In this document: piece after piece, positions 25,533-39,124 of the stretch
Layout of the letters: the number at the start of each line of letters is the position of its first letter
Numbering within the stretch: the stretch's first letter is position 1
Source: Paragordius varius
Taxonomy: Eukaryota > Animalia > Nematomorpha
DNA: 64,000 nt
Direction: 5' to 3'
Assembly: GCA_964247055.1 (NCBI GenBank)
Contig: OZ176051.1
Span: forward strand, 1,302,001-1,366,000
The notes under the pieces: generated by a model
Seen by the model: only the letters and a program-made list of their open reading frames with translations
Database searches by the model: none
Told to the model about the DNA's origin: nothing
Translations under genes and position numbers: made by a program

Positions 25533-25869
25533 TATTAAATACTTTTAATTTAATGTAAAAGATTTTTTTCTTACAATGGCATCGCACCAAATGGTATTCG
25601 GAATATGCTGCATAACTTAATACTTGCTTTAATTATTAATGAAAATATTCAATGGCTCATGTTTCCATACTTATGCCTATATGAATAGTACACACTCTAT
25701 TTGTATCTACATTGTTGCAAAAGCTAATTGTTTATATCAAACACAATAATAACATTAATTTGAGTGTGGGAAATGCAAGTTAGTATGGTGGTGAGAAGTT
25801 GACTGTTTTATTGTAAACGCGTTACGCAGTTTGAGTAAATTTACGCTTGTATTTGTCGTACAATTTGAG

Positions 25870-26050
25870 ATGGAAACAGATAATAATGAAATGGGGAATG
25901 AACAAAAAGATCCTCCGGTCTTACCTCCCCCATATAAGGAAGAAATTGAACCTCAAGCTCCAAAGTTGGAAAACAATAATGGAGCCATTTTATATCCAAA
26001 TACTACCCAATTAATAACGCAAAATCCAAATTCTACTGCCTTCCAGAATG
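25870..26050 (+). CDS. Partner gene exon 1, U3 (exon 2 truncated by intron haplotype X)
   Basis: METDNNEMGNEQKDPPVLPPPYKEEIE...FQN G|gt. Exon 2 diverges after GYHHGI. Confidence 0.55.
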
Positions 26051-28157
26051 GTCATTTATATTAAAATATATTAATATCTTTTTTTCTATACAGGATACCA
26101 TCATGGCATTATTTATGGAAAAATGCATATAAAATATGCTAATATCAATTCCGTGAGCCCGAAAAAATTTTGTTTATCGAAAATATTTTAAAAATAATTA
26201 AATATTTATCTTTTATAAGTTTTCATCTTCGTTTTACTTAAAATAATAAACGTTAATGGTTCCACTATTAAAACATGTAAAGAATTTTCATCATAAATTT
26301 ATTTCAACTGTAATGTTGTTCAATAAAAACAATATGTTAAATTGTATATATAAACATCTTCCCATTTTATTTGCAAATGGACTCCTAATCAAATGCATAT
26401 GGTAAAATACAAGTGTTTCAAGGGCAATCTTTATCAATTTTAGTTACCGGGTTCAATATTTAGAAAATCCATAATAATAAATAAGATACGTGTCACGAGT
26501 TTAAAAAACTTCAAAAAAGCATATTTTATTGATTGCTTATCTTTGTGTGCCTTAATTTATTAATTTTGGATTGATCAAAATAATTTCCGTAAAATTGAAT
26601 TGGGTGGCAAAAAAATGTTAGACTCATAAGCAAAAGACCTGACTTAAGTGTTTTTTTTATCACCAATCTTCGAGTGTACACTTGATGGCTTAAGTGAAGT
26701 TGCTCAACTTCCCACGCTTGACTTAGAAGTCAAGTGCCACTTTTTTATCATGCCACCCAATGAATGCATAGTTAAACATGGATGGTGAAGATAGCGAGGA
26801 GCATCTTGAAGCTTCATTCCAAAAAATATTACTAACAGTTGTTATGAACTACATATAAAAAGCAAAAAAAATGAATTTTTTGGTGTGGGCTCTGAAAGTC
26901 GCAAATTTTCGCTCTTCTAAAATGGGCTACTTTTCATAAAATAAAATATCAACTAAAATATTTTTATAGCATAGTTTTATCAAAAATTAATTTTTGGAAA
27001 ACTTTGTTGAAGCATACCTTAATTATATTGAGGTATTATGGAAACGGTATAAAAACGCTTTAAAACATTATAAAACACACTCTTAATTAGATAATGCTTA
27101 ACATTTTTTCACCTAAGAATTTTAGTACAAAGCGTCTGCTTAAGTGGTGAATTTTTGTAAAAAACACATATTTGCTTTATCTTAAAGACTTGGTTCCTGT
27201 GGTGTATTATTAACAATCATTTTTTATAAAACTAACATACTAAAACTAAGTTTTATTAGTGGCTCTGGTTAAACCGCGGTCATAAAAATTTAACATTCCA
27301 TATAAAACCATTAAATTTTCCGGTTTTTATGGTGCAAGCGCTTAAAATGGAATTGTGTTCTAAAAAAATTTTCCGAAACTTTGATTAAAACAGACCCATA
27401 TCTAGACCAATTATAGTTTTATCCAAATAAATAACATCATATTAAATATTTTTTTCATCTATTTATTTAATTTTAGATATGTAGCTTTGTCATTTTATTC
27501 ATGAGTCGAAGGTTATGAACAACTCACTTAGAAATTTTATCAATAGAACAGGATGGCAAGAAATTTTTGCTTATGGCAATGATTGTTTTATAATTCAAAA
27601 TATCAATAATCAAAATATTAACATGCGAAAAGTGGCTAAAACGAATGTATATATATTATTAACATAATCTACACAGATTGATAAACTCTGCCATTGCTAG
27701 ATTAGTAAGTTTTTTTACCCATAATTAAGGGATATTTGACCTTCCAGATTTAATAATATATCAACGGAATGGCGCATATATAAATGAAATGTAAGACTAT
27801 AACTAAAACAAACCTATATGTTTTTTTGGTAAATTGTATAAAAATATTATAAAAGCTTTTAGATAAATAAGACATAATGAGGTTACTAGAAATAATTGTT
27901 AATAAAATACATTTATTTTTGTGGCCCCTTACGATAGTTTTCGACATTTATACATCCGTGTATCTATGCATATTTTAATAATTTAATTCCCATGATAGAA
28001 CCCAAGAGACATCCATGAATTTGTGTTAATGTGAATAAAAACGAGAGTCGCCATAAATCACACAACGGAAATAATATATGTTAATTTTTAATTTTCGTTA
28101 TTAAATTTTTTAGGTTAATCAAATTGAAGATATTTATAAATAACGCCTGGATACTTA

Positions 28158-28464
28158 TATATACTAATTACAATTCAAATTTACCCATAAACAATTTAAA
28201 TTCACCCTTGAACAATTCAAATTCACCCTGAAATAAATTATATGTTTTTTAAGATTAAAATTTACCTTATATTTTTATATTTTTTAAAAAATAAAATTAG
28301 GTTTTAAATTAAAATAATATTGAAAAATATAAAACTATGCCACAAAGATATATTTCATATTAATAAATTATATTAGTTTGAAAACACATTTATTTTTAGG
28401 GTGAATTCGAATTGGAGGATGAATTTAAATTGGTCAAAGGTGAATTTGAACTGTAAATGGTATA
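28158..28464. mobile_element. MITE family A, partner intron, U3
   Basis: Same family termini and repeats. Confidence 0.7.
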
Positions 28465-28524
28465 ATTTTAAAGATTTACTGTTAATATATAATTTTATAA
28501 GAACGTATTTACAATTTTAGAATT

Positions 28525-29079
28525 ATGAGTTTTAACAATTTAACATTGGTCGCGTTAACTTCAATACCGTATTGGTATGGGGTAGGGGAGGTGAAATATT
28601 GTTTTTATGAAAAAGGACATTACAAATATTCACTTCAACAATATTATTCATGGCGCCCAGATACCTTTGAATGGGAAAGAATTGGTTTAACCGAAGATCA
28701 TCTGACGAAAAAAATTGAACCCTTTTATAGTCATTATATTTTACATATAAAATATCCAGAAATTAGAGAAATTATATACTGTAATCGTTATAAGGAACAA
28801 GATTATACAAATGTTGATGGTAATGATAGGAATAAAGTTGCAAACATCATAAAAGAATATGTTGAAAAATACAAAGCCCTGCAGAATAATGAATTGAAAA
28901 CTGCCATAAATTCATTGCCAATCAAATTATTTGAACAGTCTACGGATGTAACCACAGAACTTACAAATGTAGACCTTATCGATGATTCGACTGAAATTTC
29001 TTCCAGAAAATTTAACAGTTGGTGGCTTTTTACAGAATGTTATTTCAATAATCCGTTGTATACCATGAATATGCATTAA
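28525..29079 (+). CDS. Partner terminal ORF/exon (184 codons), U3
   Basis: Intact ORF; donor of the 127-bp insertion at 34634. Confidence 0.78.
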   Translation: MSFNNLTLVALTSIPYWYGVGEVKYCFYEKGHYKYSLQQYYSWRPDTFEWERIGLTEDHLTKKIEPFYSHYILHIKYPEIREIIYCNRYKEQDYTNVDGNDRNKVANIIKEYVEKYKALQNNELKTAINSLPIKLFEQSTDVTTELTNVDLIDDSTEISSRKFNSWWLFTECYFNNPLYTMNMH

Positions 29080-30847
29080 GAGATATTTTCTGGATTTTTT
29101 AAATAAAACAATTACTAAACAAAACATTTATTATTTACAAGGGCACGGTCTAGAAACCAAAGGTTTTTGTCTATATCGAAAACATATGCTATCATCAATT
29201 AAATCCTTTAGCGACGGGTCTTTGACACAAAAAACTGACCGATACTGTAATGTTGGGCTGAAATATAAAGAGGATTCGTTTTTCGAATGGTATGATGGAT
29301 AAGTTGTATTAGCGTCCTTTGTTGTTTCGCGGCAGAAACAAGGTTGCCAGTATCCTAACCACCAAAAAGGGAGACAAGTAAAATTATTGCATTTTCGGGA
29401 TAAAGTTGCTATAGGTTTTGGTTGAGGACAAAGTTTATCGCTCACTTTGAGTCCAGATATGGAATTGGCACAGAAATAACCCTTATTTTGTGTGCCACCC
29501 CATTTGTTGTTATTAGAATTTTCAAAACTACATTTTTAATTGCATGGACTCCAATCAGTTAAGGCCCAGATGTATGATGCGTTGGTGGGATCATTGGAAT
29601 TTAAACTTATGTTTGGCTTTACAGATTTGTGATAATAGGTGATAGATATATTGATCGAAACATTTAACTGAGTAATAAGAACATAAACTATGAGATCTTT
29701 TTCGAGTGGACCCACGATAGAAATAAATTCTTGCTGACTTTTTTCGGTTGAAGTATAGTTATAAACTACGGCTTTTACAGCCGATGAACTTTTTACCCTA
29801 TGCACCCCAAACCAGGTGATTGTTAAATTGCCATTAAGCATATATTCGGCATCCTGTGCATAAGCCAGAGCTAGATAATTAGCATTCTCACTCATTTCTT
29901 GAATGGTTATTTGTGTTGCATCTCTTGGAATGGTTGCTACACTCAAATACGAGCTTGCATTGTTCTCCAAAAAACTATCCTCAACTTGACTCATGTTAAG
30001 ATAAACATAATTTTCCACTTTTTTGCAATTTTTATTGTGTCCATCACAGATGAGACAATTATCTTTCTTAGCTCGGCTCTCGAGTCGTCGATCGCAAGCT
30101 ATCGGATGACAACGCCCTTCTATACAAACACCATCTATAAACAAAGGAATTATTTAAGATAATTTAGAAATATTAATAGGCCTAAAGAGTTTCTTATATC
30201 CAGCTTTTGTCAAATAAAACTGGCGGAGTTGAAAAAATCGTTTATTTTACCTATGCACCGTTTACCCGATTAAGAAAAATATATTTTTAACCAATAATTG
30301 TAATATATCAAAATAACTTTTACTTACTGTATTCGATATCACTTTTAATTTCTAGTGGCGTGTGTTCAAATCTAGCACTTCCCATATAACACAAAGTCCC
30401 ATCTCGCAAACTGTGAGCATAGGAATCAATCATTTCTAAGCTAACATTTTTCGTAATATTTGGATGTGAAATTAAACTTTGCGATTCATTTAGTTTTTCC
30501 TCGTTTGGCACGGATGATTGATATTCCGATTGAATATTTTTGCAGTTTAAGTGACAGGCAGGGGCGCCATACATAATGGTTTGATAGTCAAAAATCCAAG
30601 TAGAATTGCATATTCCTTTAACTTTACAACCATACTCCTGACATTGATAATTAGGATTGTATTCTGATTAAATATATTGTGATTTATTATGTTTTAATTA
30701 CAGTAAAAATGGAAATTTTAGCGACAAAATGTAAAATAAAGACATTTTTTTCAAAAAATAACCATACTTTTTTAAACCTTAATTTATCCTATAAATAACA
30801 TTTAATTACAATTAAATACATAATTGATTGTGTTACCAATTTACATA

Positions 30848-31969
30848 CACTAGACAACAAATTTTAACTTTTTTTAACTGCCATTCTTGTAAATTTAAAA
30901 TTTTTTTCATTAAAGTACATAATTAGTATATCTGAAAAGAAAATTGGTCTAGCATGGAAGAATTTTTTTATATTAGAGTTTATCGATAATTTTTGGCCCC
31001 GATTTAACATTAAACTCGAAATTTTGAAAATTTAAAGTTTTAGATATGAAGCCATGTATTTTATATTCGAAAGAGCGCAGAAAACTGAATCTTTTAAATG
31101 GTAGTAAGTCATTTAAATCAATCGGATGTAAAAGATATTTGGATTTAAATGGTCGAAATTTTCAATCCCTGAATAAGTCAAGAATTTTCACATACAAACT
31201 AATTTGAAAATCATATAAATTATTTTAATATAATTATTATGGTTATATTTGTATTTAATTTAAGAAAAATGTTTGAAAAAGCTTTTGGTTTGCTTTTTAA
31301 ATAAAAATTATTATTATCATAAATATTTTGCCTAGTGGATACTAAAATGCATAGTTATAACTGTAAATTTATTACATAATGGCTATAAAAGATCAAAAAT
31401 ACCTTAAACTTTGTTTTTATCTTTAAAATTTCGAAATTATCAGCCTCGTAAAGAAAATAATTTAATATTGATGAGATGGTAATTTTTAAACAACAAAAAA
31501 CTTAAAAACGGCTGTTTTGAGTGACATAAAAGCAATAAAAAAATGTTTTAATCAAAAAAACTTTCTTGTGTTATCTTTTTTGGACATTCATCTCAATCTA
31601 AACAAAGTTTGAGCTATTTTCATCCATTAGTTTTAAAAATATAATAATTAAAAAAAATGCTCTCGTTTCGCGCGTTTGTCGCTCTTTGTGTCCAATATTA
31701 ACTGTCAATGTAATACATATTGGTATGCATTTTATAGAGTTTTTAATACTCTTTCGAATGATATATTACAAATGGGCATTACTTGTATATTTTCAAAGAA
31801 AAACATTTTTTAGTAAAATTTTGCTAAAGAGGGCGCATAATCAAAAAAATCAAATTATACAAAATTCTTTCATCGAGTTATAATTTTTATTTCAGATTTA
31901 CTGTTAGAATGATACTAAATATCAGAAAATGCAAAAAACTCGAGTGGTAGAAAAATTTGTTGTCTAGTG
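30848..31969. mobile_element. Non-autonomous CACTA/EnSpm-like DNA transposon (1122 bp) in ADAMTS intron 7, U4 only
   Basis: Perfect 18-bp TIR CACTAGACAACAAATTTT and ATA|...|ATA 3-bp TSD. The site is empty in the other units. Confidence 0.82.
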
Positions 31970-32605
31970 ATATCTATATTATACTTTGTATTTTAAAAAT
32001 GAGTTCTATTTGAAAAAATCAAGATTAAAAAAGTATGGTTGTCTTTTAGAAAAATATTTATCTTTATATTTTCACGTTTTGTCCGTATAATTTTTTTTAC
32101 TGTAAAGATGTTGATTTAAAAATGTTTTGCCAGAGTTCCAATAATAATAACACTTTTGAAAATTATAATTATGTTTTTATATATTTATATATAAGTTGAT
32201 TTAAGCAGCAAATAAGAAAAATATAGATTATAATATATTTCAATGCCACCAGATACAAATTTATCGTTGACCCTAAAAATAATATTATCATTATTTTGAG
32301 AATTTAGGTTATTCCCTTCTTGCAAGGTGCTTAGATTTAATACGAATATTAAGAATATGATTAACTTATTGTGCAAAGCTAATCCCATAAGAGACATAAA
32401 AATATCTGTTTTTGTAAAATAATATTTAGATAAAAAAATTTAACTTTTATTAATTACTATGTTTGCATAAATATTACCTTCATACTCATTTTCTTTCTTA
32501 CAATCCCTTAAGTTGCATGTTTTATAGCGGGTTTTTCGACCAACACAAAAGGTCCCATCTTTGTCGGACTTTATTAATTTATAAGATATGATCAAATATA
32601 ACTTC

Positions 32606-32837
32606 AAATAAACCATTTACAGTTCAAATTCACCCTTAAGCAATTCAAATTCACCCTTATACAATTCTAATTAACCCTAAAATTATGTGTTTTTAAAGAT
32701 TAAATATATTTTTTTACATTTTTAAAAATGAAATTCATTTAAAATTTAATACCAAGATATATTTTATATTAATGATGAGTTATATTAGCCCGACATGACA
32801 ATTCATTTTTAGGGATTTGAATTGTAAATGGTATATT
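32606..32837. mobile_element. MITE family A, ADAMTS intron 6, U4
   Basis: Same family; the right-arm repeats are partly deleted. Confidence 0.7.
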
Positions 32838-33869
32838 ATAAATTCTGATCATAGAAAAAAGGGTATATCGAAAAAATTGATTCTTTAGTACATATTGGTT
32901 ATAAAATATTAAATCGAAATATTACTTTGTACATTAGAGGCCCTTAATTTGGAAATTATTGTAAAATATAAAAAATACCATATTAATCAAATTTGAACAC
33001 ATAAATAATAAATAAGTTATCATCAAAACAATTTCGTTTCTAAACCATAAATAAATTACATGGGATTATCACATGCCCGAGTTGATTTGGAAAGACCTAT
33101 ACCACAAGATTTACTACACGGAGTCCATGGGCCCCAATGCCCCCAATTTCCTATTTGTTGGAAAGTTTTTTCATTAAGTTGTCTAACATTCTGAGTTACT
33201 GCAATACATTCCTTGTTGTAACACCATTTATTAACTCCACAATAGGTCCCATCCTCAACCATTTTCATTTTACTGATGCATTTACCATTCACTTTACACC
33301 AGAGTGTACCACTGCATATATCCTGTTTTAGTTATCAATCAAAAGTGAGAAATTTTGAGCAAATTTATAAATAATTAAACGGTAATATACTAGTCATATT
33401 TTATGATTTGTAAAATATTACTGGTCAGTTTTAACTCATAATCAAAATTATGCAATCAATTACACCGTAAATTTTTTTTAGAATACTATAATATATTTGA
33501 TATAAAATTTTAGTGTCTTTAGAAATCTAGTCTTGTAAGCTAGTTATATATTTGTAAATATTTCATAATTGTGTAAAATTTAAATATTGTACAAATAAAT
33601 ATATATTATTGAGTATATCTCTAAAATAAATGGGAGTTATCTAAATAACAAAATTTAAATTAATAATTTAATTAACCATCCAAATTCCGGGGTAGATTGC
33701 GATTCCAAAATATTTAAACAATATTTTATAATATAAATATAATTAGAAAATTACCACCTTTTGGGACAAAAAAATCAATTACCACAATAATTATGACCTA
33801 TAAATTAAATAAAATTTGAAATATGTAAGGCTTATATCTGTGGACGAACTTTGAATATTCATATAAATA

Positions 33870-34061
33870 CAGTATGAGTAAGTATATATTGCTAGAAAGT
33901 TGTTAATTATTACCAAATAGCATATACAGCAAATATATTTATTATTAACTAATAATAGTAAAAAGTGAAAAATATAACTATAAGCCAATAATACTGCCCT
34001 TTGTTGTATATGCTATGGCAATGATTAACAACTTTCTAGCAATGTATACTTAATCTTACTG
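33870..34061. mobile_element. 192-bp MITE with long TIRs and TA TSD (Tc1/mariner-pogo-type ends), U4 only
   Basis: TA|CAGTA...TACTG|TA. About 60-bp imperfect TIR (AGTATAyATTGCTAGAAAGTTGTTAAT...). Absent from the other units at this site. Confidence 0.82.
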
Positions 34062-34633
34062 TAAATCAAATTTATATTCTTATGAAAATATTAATATATA
34101 CTTCTATACCGGGACAGTATGTGGTATTTCTCAGCCCCATGTTCAATTGGCATTGGTGATCTAAGTTGTATTGTGTTCCCAAAAAATCCGTGGCTATTTT
34201 AGCATTCAAAACTGGATCGTACGGTTTAAAGTGTAAAATAGTAAAGTTTCGATAGATATCTTTAAATATAGAAGGTGTATCTATGGAGTCTAGGATTACA
34301 TTTTTTATGATATGGTTTAAATTTTTTTCTTGTCCATCCACAGTTTTTAAATGTTGAATTAGGTGTTGGGACAAATTTTTTCCATAAGCCTCTGTGTCGA
34401 TGACTGTCACGTATTGAGTAAATGGTTCAAAGTATAATAACATTGACTCCTTTTCTATGATAGTTTTTGGTGGATGGGAGGAGGACATATTTTCGCTATT
34501 TGTCTTTAAACAATCTGCATTTTGTTTTTGAATGAAACCGCTTAACTCTTGATAACTACAGTTGGACCATATAAGATCGGCCTCTAAACTTTGCGGTAAC
34601 TGAGAATCCATAATGTATGGCAGTTTTTTGGAT

Positions 34634-34760
34634 CTTCAATACCGTATTGGTATGGGGTAGGGGAGGTGAAATATTGTTTTTATGAAAAAGGACATTACAA
34701 ATATTCACTTCAACAATATTATTCATGGCGCCCAGATACCTTTGAATGGGAAAGAATTGT
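34634..34760 (+). other. 127-bp templated insertion copied from the partner ORF at 28559-28685
   Basis: Shares the copy-specific variants AAAGGACAT and GATACCTTTGAATGG with the 28525 copy only. Confidence 0.9.
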
Positions 34761-36575
34761 TCATTATTTTGCTTTTTTTGAATTCGATTAACATTGTCCC
34801 TTAAACAAAATTCCATTGTATCGTGTTTCATACCTAATCTAACACCAAAAACAATAGATGGCCAATATATAAACTTATTCAAAAAAAATAATTTCAGTTA
34901 AGACCGATAAATGCAAAAACCTTAATTTTGAATTTATTATTTTGGATGTCATATTTTACAGTAAAACTTTTGTTTTAGATAAATTATTTTTTGTTATTGA
35001 GATTTAAAACCGCATATAATATTAATTTTAAAACCATAAAATAAATCAGATATGTTTAGAACGGGAAAAATACTTTATTTATATTCAAGTGGTTTTCCTA
35101 AACACGCAAAATTACATCTTAGAAAGGTCATTTCTAAGTCATTTAGACTGGGATTCCCAGGGCGCTTACACACCCTTATATCCTAGGTATTAAGTAAAAT
35201 ACACCATTTTTGCCCTTTATATTTAAAGTATTAAGTATTTTCTTAAGCATCTTGTTAATTTTCTTTTGCTCAAACATATTCCCCCAAATAATTTTTTTCC
35301 TATCTCAAGTTTAAATAAAAGTAAAAAAAGGAAAGAAATAATGTACAAATGTCCGATTTCATGAGCAATAGTGAATGCTGTGCTTAGTCCAGTATCTTCT
35401 GCAATGACACAACTTCTGCCATTCTGACAAATGGAACCGACTTCGGCCATCCCTAAAGTATTACAAGGCGTGTAATTCTGAGCGCATAAATCTAATCTGG
35501 TACAAATGATTTATTAAACAAACAATTTTTAAAATATAATATTTCAGATTTACCTTATTTGTAAATGTTATAATTGCAAAAAAATAATTCTACGAAGGAA
35601 AAAATACTTTGTTAGCATAATGGCCACGTGATAAGATGGAACCAACTGACTTTCATTGAGTAATGTGTATTGCCAAGCACAGAAGCTTTTTAGGTAATCA
35701 TCAGCATTTATTGTCATATTAACGGATTTAGGCTTAATGTTATAATATTTGATTAAATATAACCGATTTATCAAAAATTTAAAATGAATTTGTTAAATAA
35801 ATTTAAAAATTACGATTGTCTTCAAATGTATCATAGAGTTCCATTCTATGGTAAGAGGGAATCCCAAACTTGAACGTTTAAATATGGAGTTAACCTTAAT
35901 GTATATATAATGTTCATTTCATAAAAATATTAATGAGAATAAAAAAGCTAATCAAAATTTAAATGTATTTAGGAAAGTTGGAATTGTTTATGTAATTTAA
36001 AAACTTAAAATATACCTGAGTATATGTAGATATTGACTTACCGAATGCATCAAAGTATATAAGTAAGCTTCAACATCATAGTTTTTGTAATGCAAAACAA
36101 AAGATTGATCAGTAAAAATTATGGCTTTGATTATCATCCCCTCTAACATTGTGGATGTGATGTGGGACGCAGAATCTTCTGTAATAGAATTAGCGTAGAT
36201 TATATAAAAACAATGCAAACTAAAAAGCAAAAAATGCATTTTTAAATACTTTTAACTTAACGTAAAAGATTTTTTTTCTTACAATCGCATCGCACCAAAT
36301 GTTATTCAGAATATGCTGCATTAACTTAATACTTGCTTTAATTAATGAATATATTCAATGGCTCATATTTCCATACTTATGACTATATGAAAAGTACACA
36401 CTCTATTTGTATCTACATTGATATAAAAGTTAATTGTTTATATCAAACACAATAACATTAATTTGAGTGTGGGAAATGGAAGTTAGTATGGTATGGTGAG
36501 ATGTTGACTGTTTTATTGAAAACGCGTTACGCAGTTTGATTAAATTTACACTTGTTTTGTCGCGTACAATTCGCC

Positions 36576-36841
36576 ATGGAAACAGGTAATAATGAAAAGG
36601 GGAATGAACAAAAAGGTCCTCCAGTCTTACCTCCCCCATATAAGGAAGAAATTGAACGTCAAGCTCCAAAGTTGGAAAGCAATAATGGAGCCATCATATA
36701 TCCAAATACTACCCAATTAATAACGCAAAATCAAACATCGGCTGCCTTTCAGAACGGTTTTTTAAAATAAAATAATAATTTTTTGCAGGATACCATCATG
36801 GCATTCCTCAACCCGTTTTTTATCCGTCACATCCACCTGTG
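36576..36841 (+). CDS. Partner gene exons 1-2, U4
   Basis: METGNNEKGNEQKGPPVLPPPYKEE... plus cag|GYHHGIPQPVFYPSHPPV|gttagt. Confidence 0.62.
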
Positions 36842-36909
36842 GTTAGTTATTTCATAATATTTTAAAAATATATATGTACTTTAAAAATGTCTTTAGGAGT
36901 TTTTGATTA

Positions 36910-37630
36910 CATTGGACAACAAATTCTTATGCCACTCGAGTTTTTTGCATTTGATATTTACTATCATTTTAACAGTAAATCTGAAATAAAAATTATAACT
37001 CCATGTATTTTTAATTTTTTTTCCTCTTTATCAAAATTTTACTAAAAAATGTTTTTCTTTGAAAGTATACAAGTGCCTATTTGTAATATATCATTCGAAA
37101 TAGTAATAAAAGCTCTATAAAATGCATACTAATATGTATTACATCGACAGTTAATATTGGACACAGAGAGCGACAAACGCGCAAAGCGAGAGCATTTTTT
37201 TAATTAATAGGATGAAAATAGCTCAAACTTTGTCTAGATGGTGATGAATGTTCAAAAAAGATAACACAAGAAAGTTTATTTGATTAAATATTTTTTTATT
37301 GCTTTTATGTCACTCAAAACAGCTATTTTTGAGTTTTTTGTTTTTTTAAATTACCATCTCATCAATAATAATTTATTTACTTTACGAGGCTGATAATTTC
37401 TAAATTTTAAAGATAAAAACAAAGTTTAAGGTATTTTTGATTTTTTATTGCCATTAAATAAATTTACAGTTATAACTATGCATTTTAGTATCCACTAGGT
37501 AAAATATTTATGATAATAATATTTTTTAAAAAAAGGCAAACCAAAAGCTTTTCCAAACATTTTTTTTAAATAAAAAACCCTAATAATTATATTAAAATAC
37601 TTTATATGATTTTTAAATTAGTTTTCTATG
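36910..37630. mobile_element. Truncated CACTA-like copy in the partner intron, U4
   Basis: Same sequence and breakpoints as in U2. Confidence 0.78.
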
Positions 37631-38273
37631 ATTTTGATATATATACACCTCAGAATTTTAGTACAAAGCGTTTGCTTAAGTGGTAAATTTTGTAAAAAAC
37701 ACATATTTGCTTTATCTTAAAGCCTTGGTTCCTGTGGTGATGATTAATAACCATTTTTAAAAAAACGAACATACTAAAACTAAGTTTTGTTAGTGGCTCT
37801 GATTAAACCGCGGTCATAAAAATTTAACAATCCATGTAAAACCATAAATTTTCTGGTTTTTATGGTGAGCGCTTTTTTAAAATGGAATGTTTTCTAAAAA
37901 AATTTCCGAAACTTTGATTGAAACAGACCCAAATCTAAATTATAATTTATCCAAATAAATGACATCATAATTAAATATTTTGTATTCTTTTCATATAAGT
38001 TTAAATTTTAGATATATATGGCTTTGTCATTTAATTCATGAGTCGAAGGCTATGAACAAATCACTTATGATTTTATCGAATAGAACAGGATGGCATTACA
38101 TTTTTTGATTATGGCAATGATTGTATTATAATTCAAAATATCAATAATCAATATATTAACATGCGAAAAGTGGCTAAAACGAATGTTTTTTTATAAATAT
38201 TTTTAACGTAATCTACACAGATTGATAAACTTTGCTATTGCTAAATTAGTAAGTTTTTTTACCCATAATTAAG

Positions 38274-38334
38274 GGATTTTTGACCTTCCAGATTTAATAA
38301 TATATCAACGGAATGGCGCATATATAAATGAAAT
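38274..38334 (+). CDS. Probable penultimate mini-exon of the partner terminal ORF (xIFDLPDLIIYQRNGAYINE), shown for U4
   Basis: Ends GAA AT|gtaag (phase 2) and splices in frame to ttttag|A ATT ATG at 39121. Conserved in all complete units, with a synonymous ATA/ATT change. Confidence 0.55.
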
Positions 38335-38771
38335 GTAAGACTATAACTAAAAACCTATATGCTTTTTTGGTGAATTATATAAAAATATTGTAAAAGCTTA
38401 TAGATAAATAAGACAAATGGCGTTACTAGAGGTAAATTGTTAATAAAATACATTTATATTTGACATGCAACAATTAATACATAATTTTTTGACGTCTTGC
38501 GAGAGTTTTCGACAATTATACAACCGTGTATCTATGCATATTTTAATAATTTAATTCCCATGATATAACCCAAGAGACATCCATGAATTTGTATTAATAT
38601 GATTAAAAACGAGAGTCGCCAAAATATAATTTCATTTATTCGGTAAAGATGTTTGATCAACACTATTAATCACGCATCGGAAATAATATATATGTTAGTT
38701 TTTAATTTTCGCTATTAAATTTTTTAGGTTAATCAAATTGAAGATATTTATAAATTACGCCCAGATATTTA

Positions 38772-39064
38772 TATATACCATTTACAATTCAAATTTACCC
38801 TTAAACAATTTAAATTGATCCTTAAACAATTCAAATTCATCCTCAAATAAATTATATGTTTTGTAAGATTATAATTTACCTTATATTTTTATATTTGTTA
38901 AAAAAATGAAATTATGTATAAAATTTACCTTATATTAATATTAAATAATAAACTATGCCGCAAAGATATATTTCATATTAATAAATTATATTAGTTTGAA
39001 AGCACATTTATTTTTAGGGTGAATTTAAATTGTTCAAAGGTGAATTTGAAATGTAAATGGTATA
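38772..39064. mobile_element. MITE family A, partner intron, U4
   Basis: Same family termini and repeats. Confidence 0.72.
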
Positions 39065-39124
39065 ATTTTAAAAATTTACTGTTAATATATAATTTGATAA
39101 GAACGTATTTACTATTTTAGAATT

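Larger units (their letters stand above)
29131..36239 (-). pseudogene. ADAMTS-family metalloprotease, copy U4, disrupted
   Basis: A 127-bp foreign insertion at 34634-34760 frameshifts exon 5. AAA>TAA at 29536-29538 in the last exon. Confidence 0.9.
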
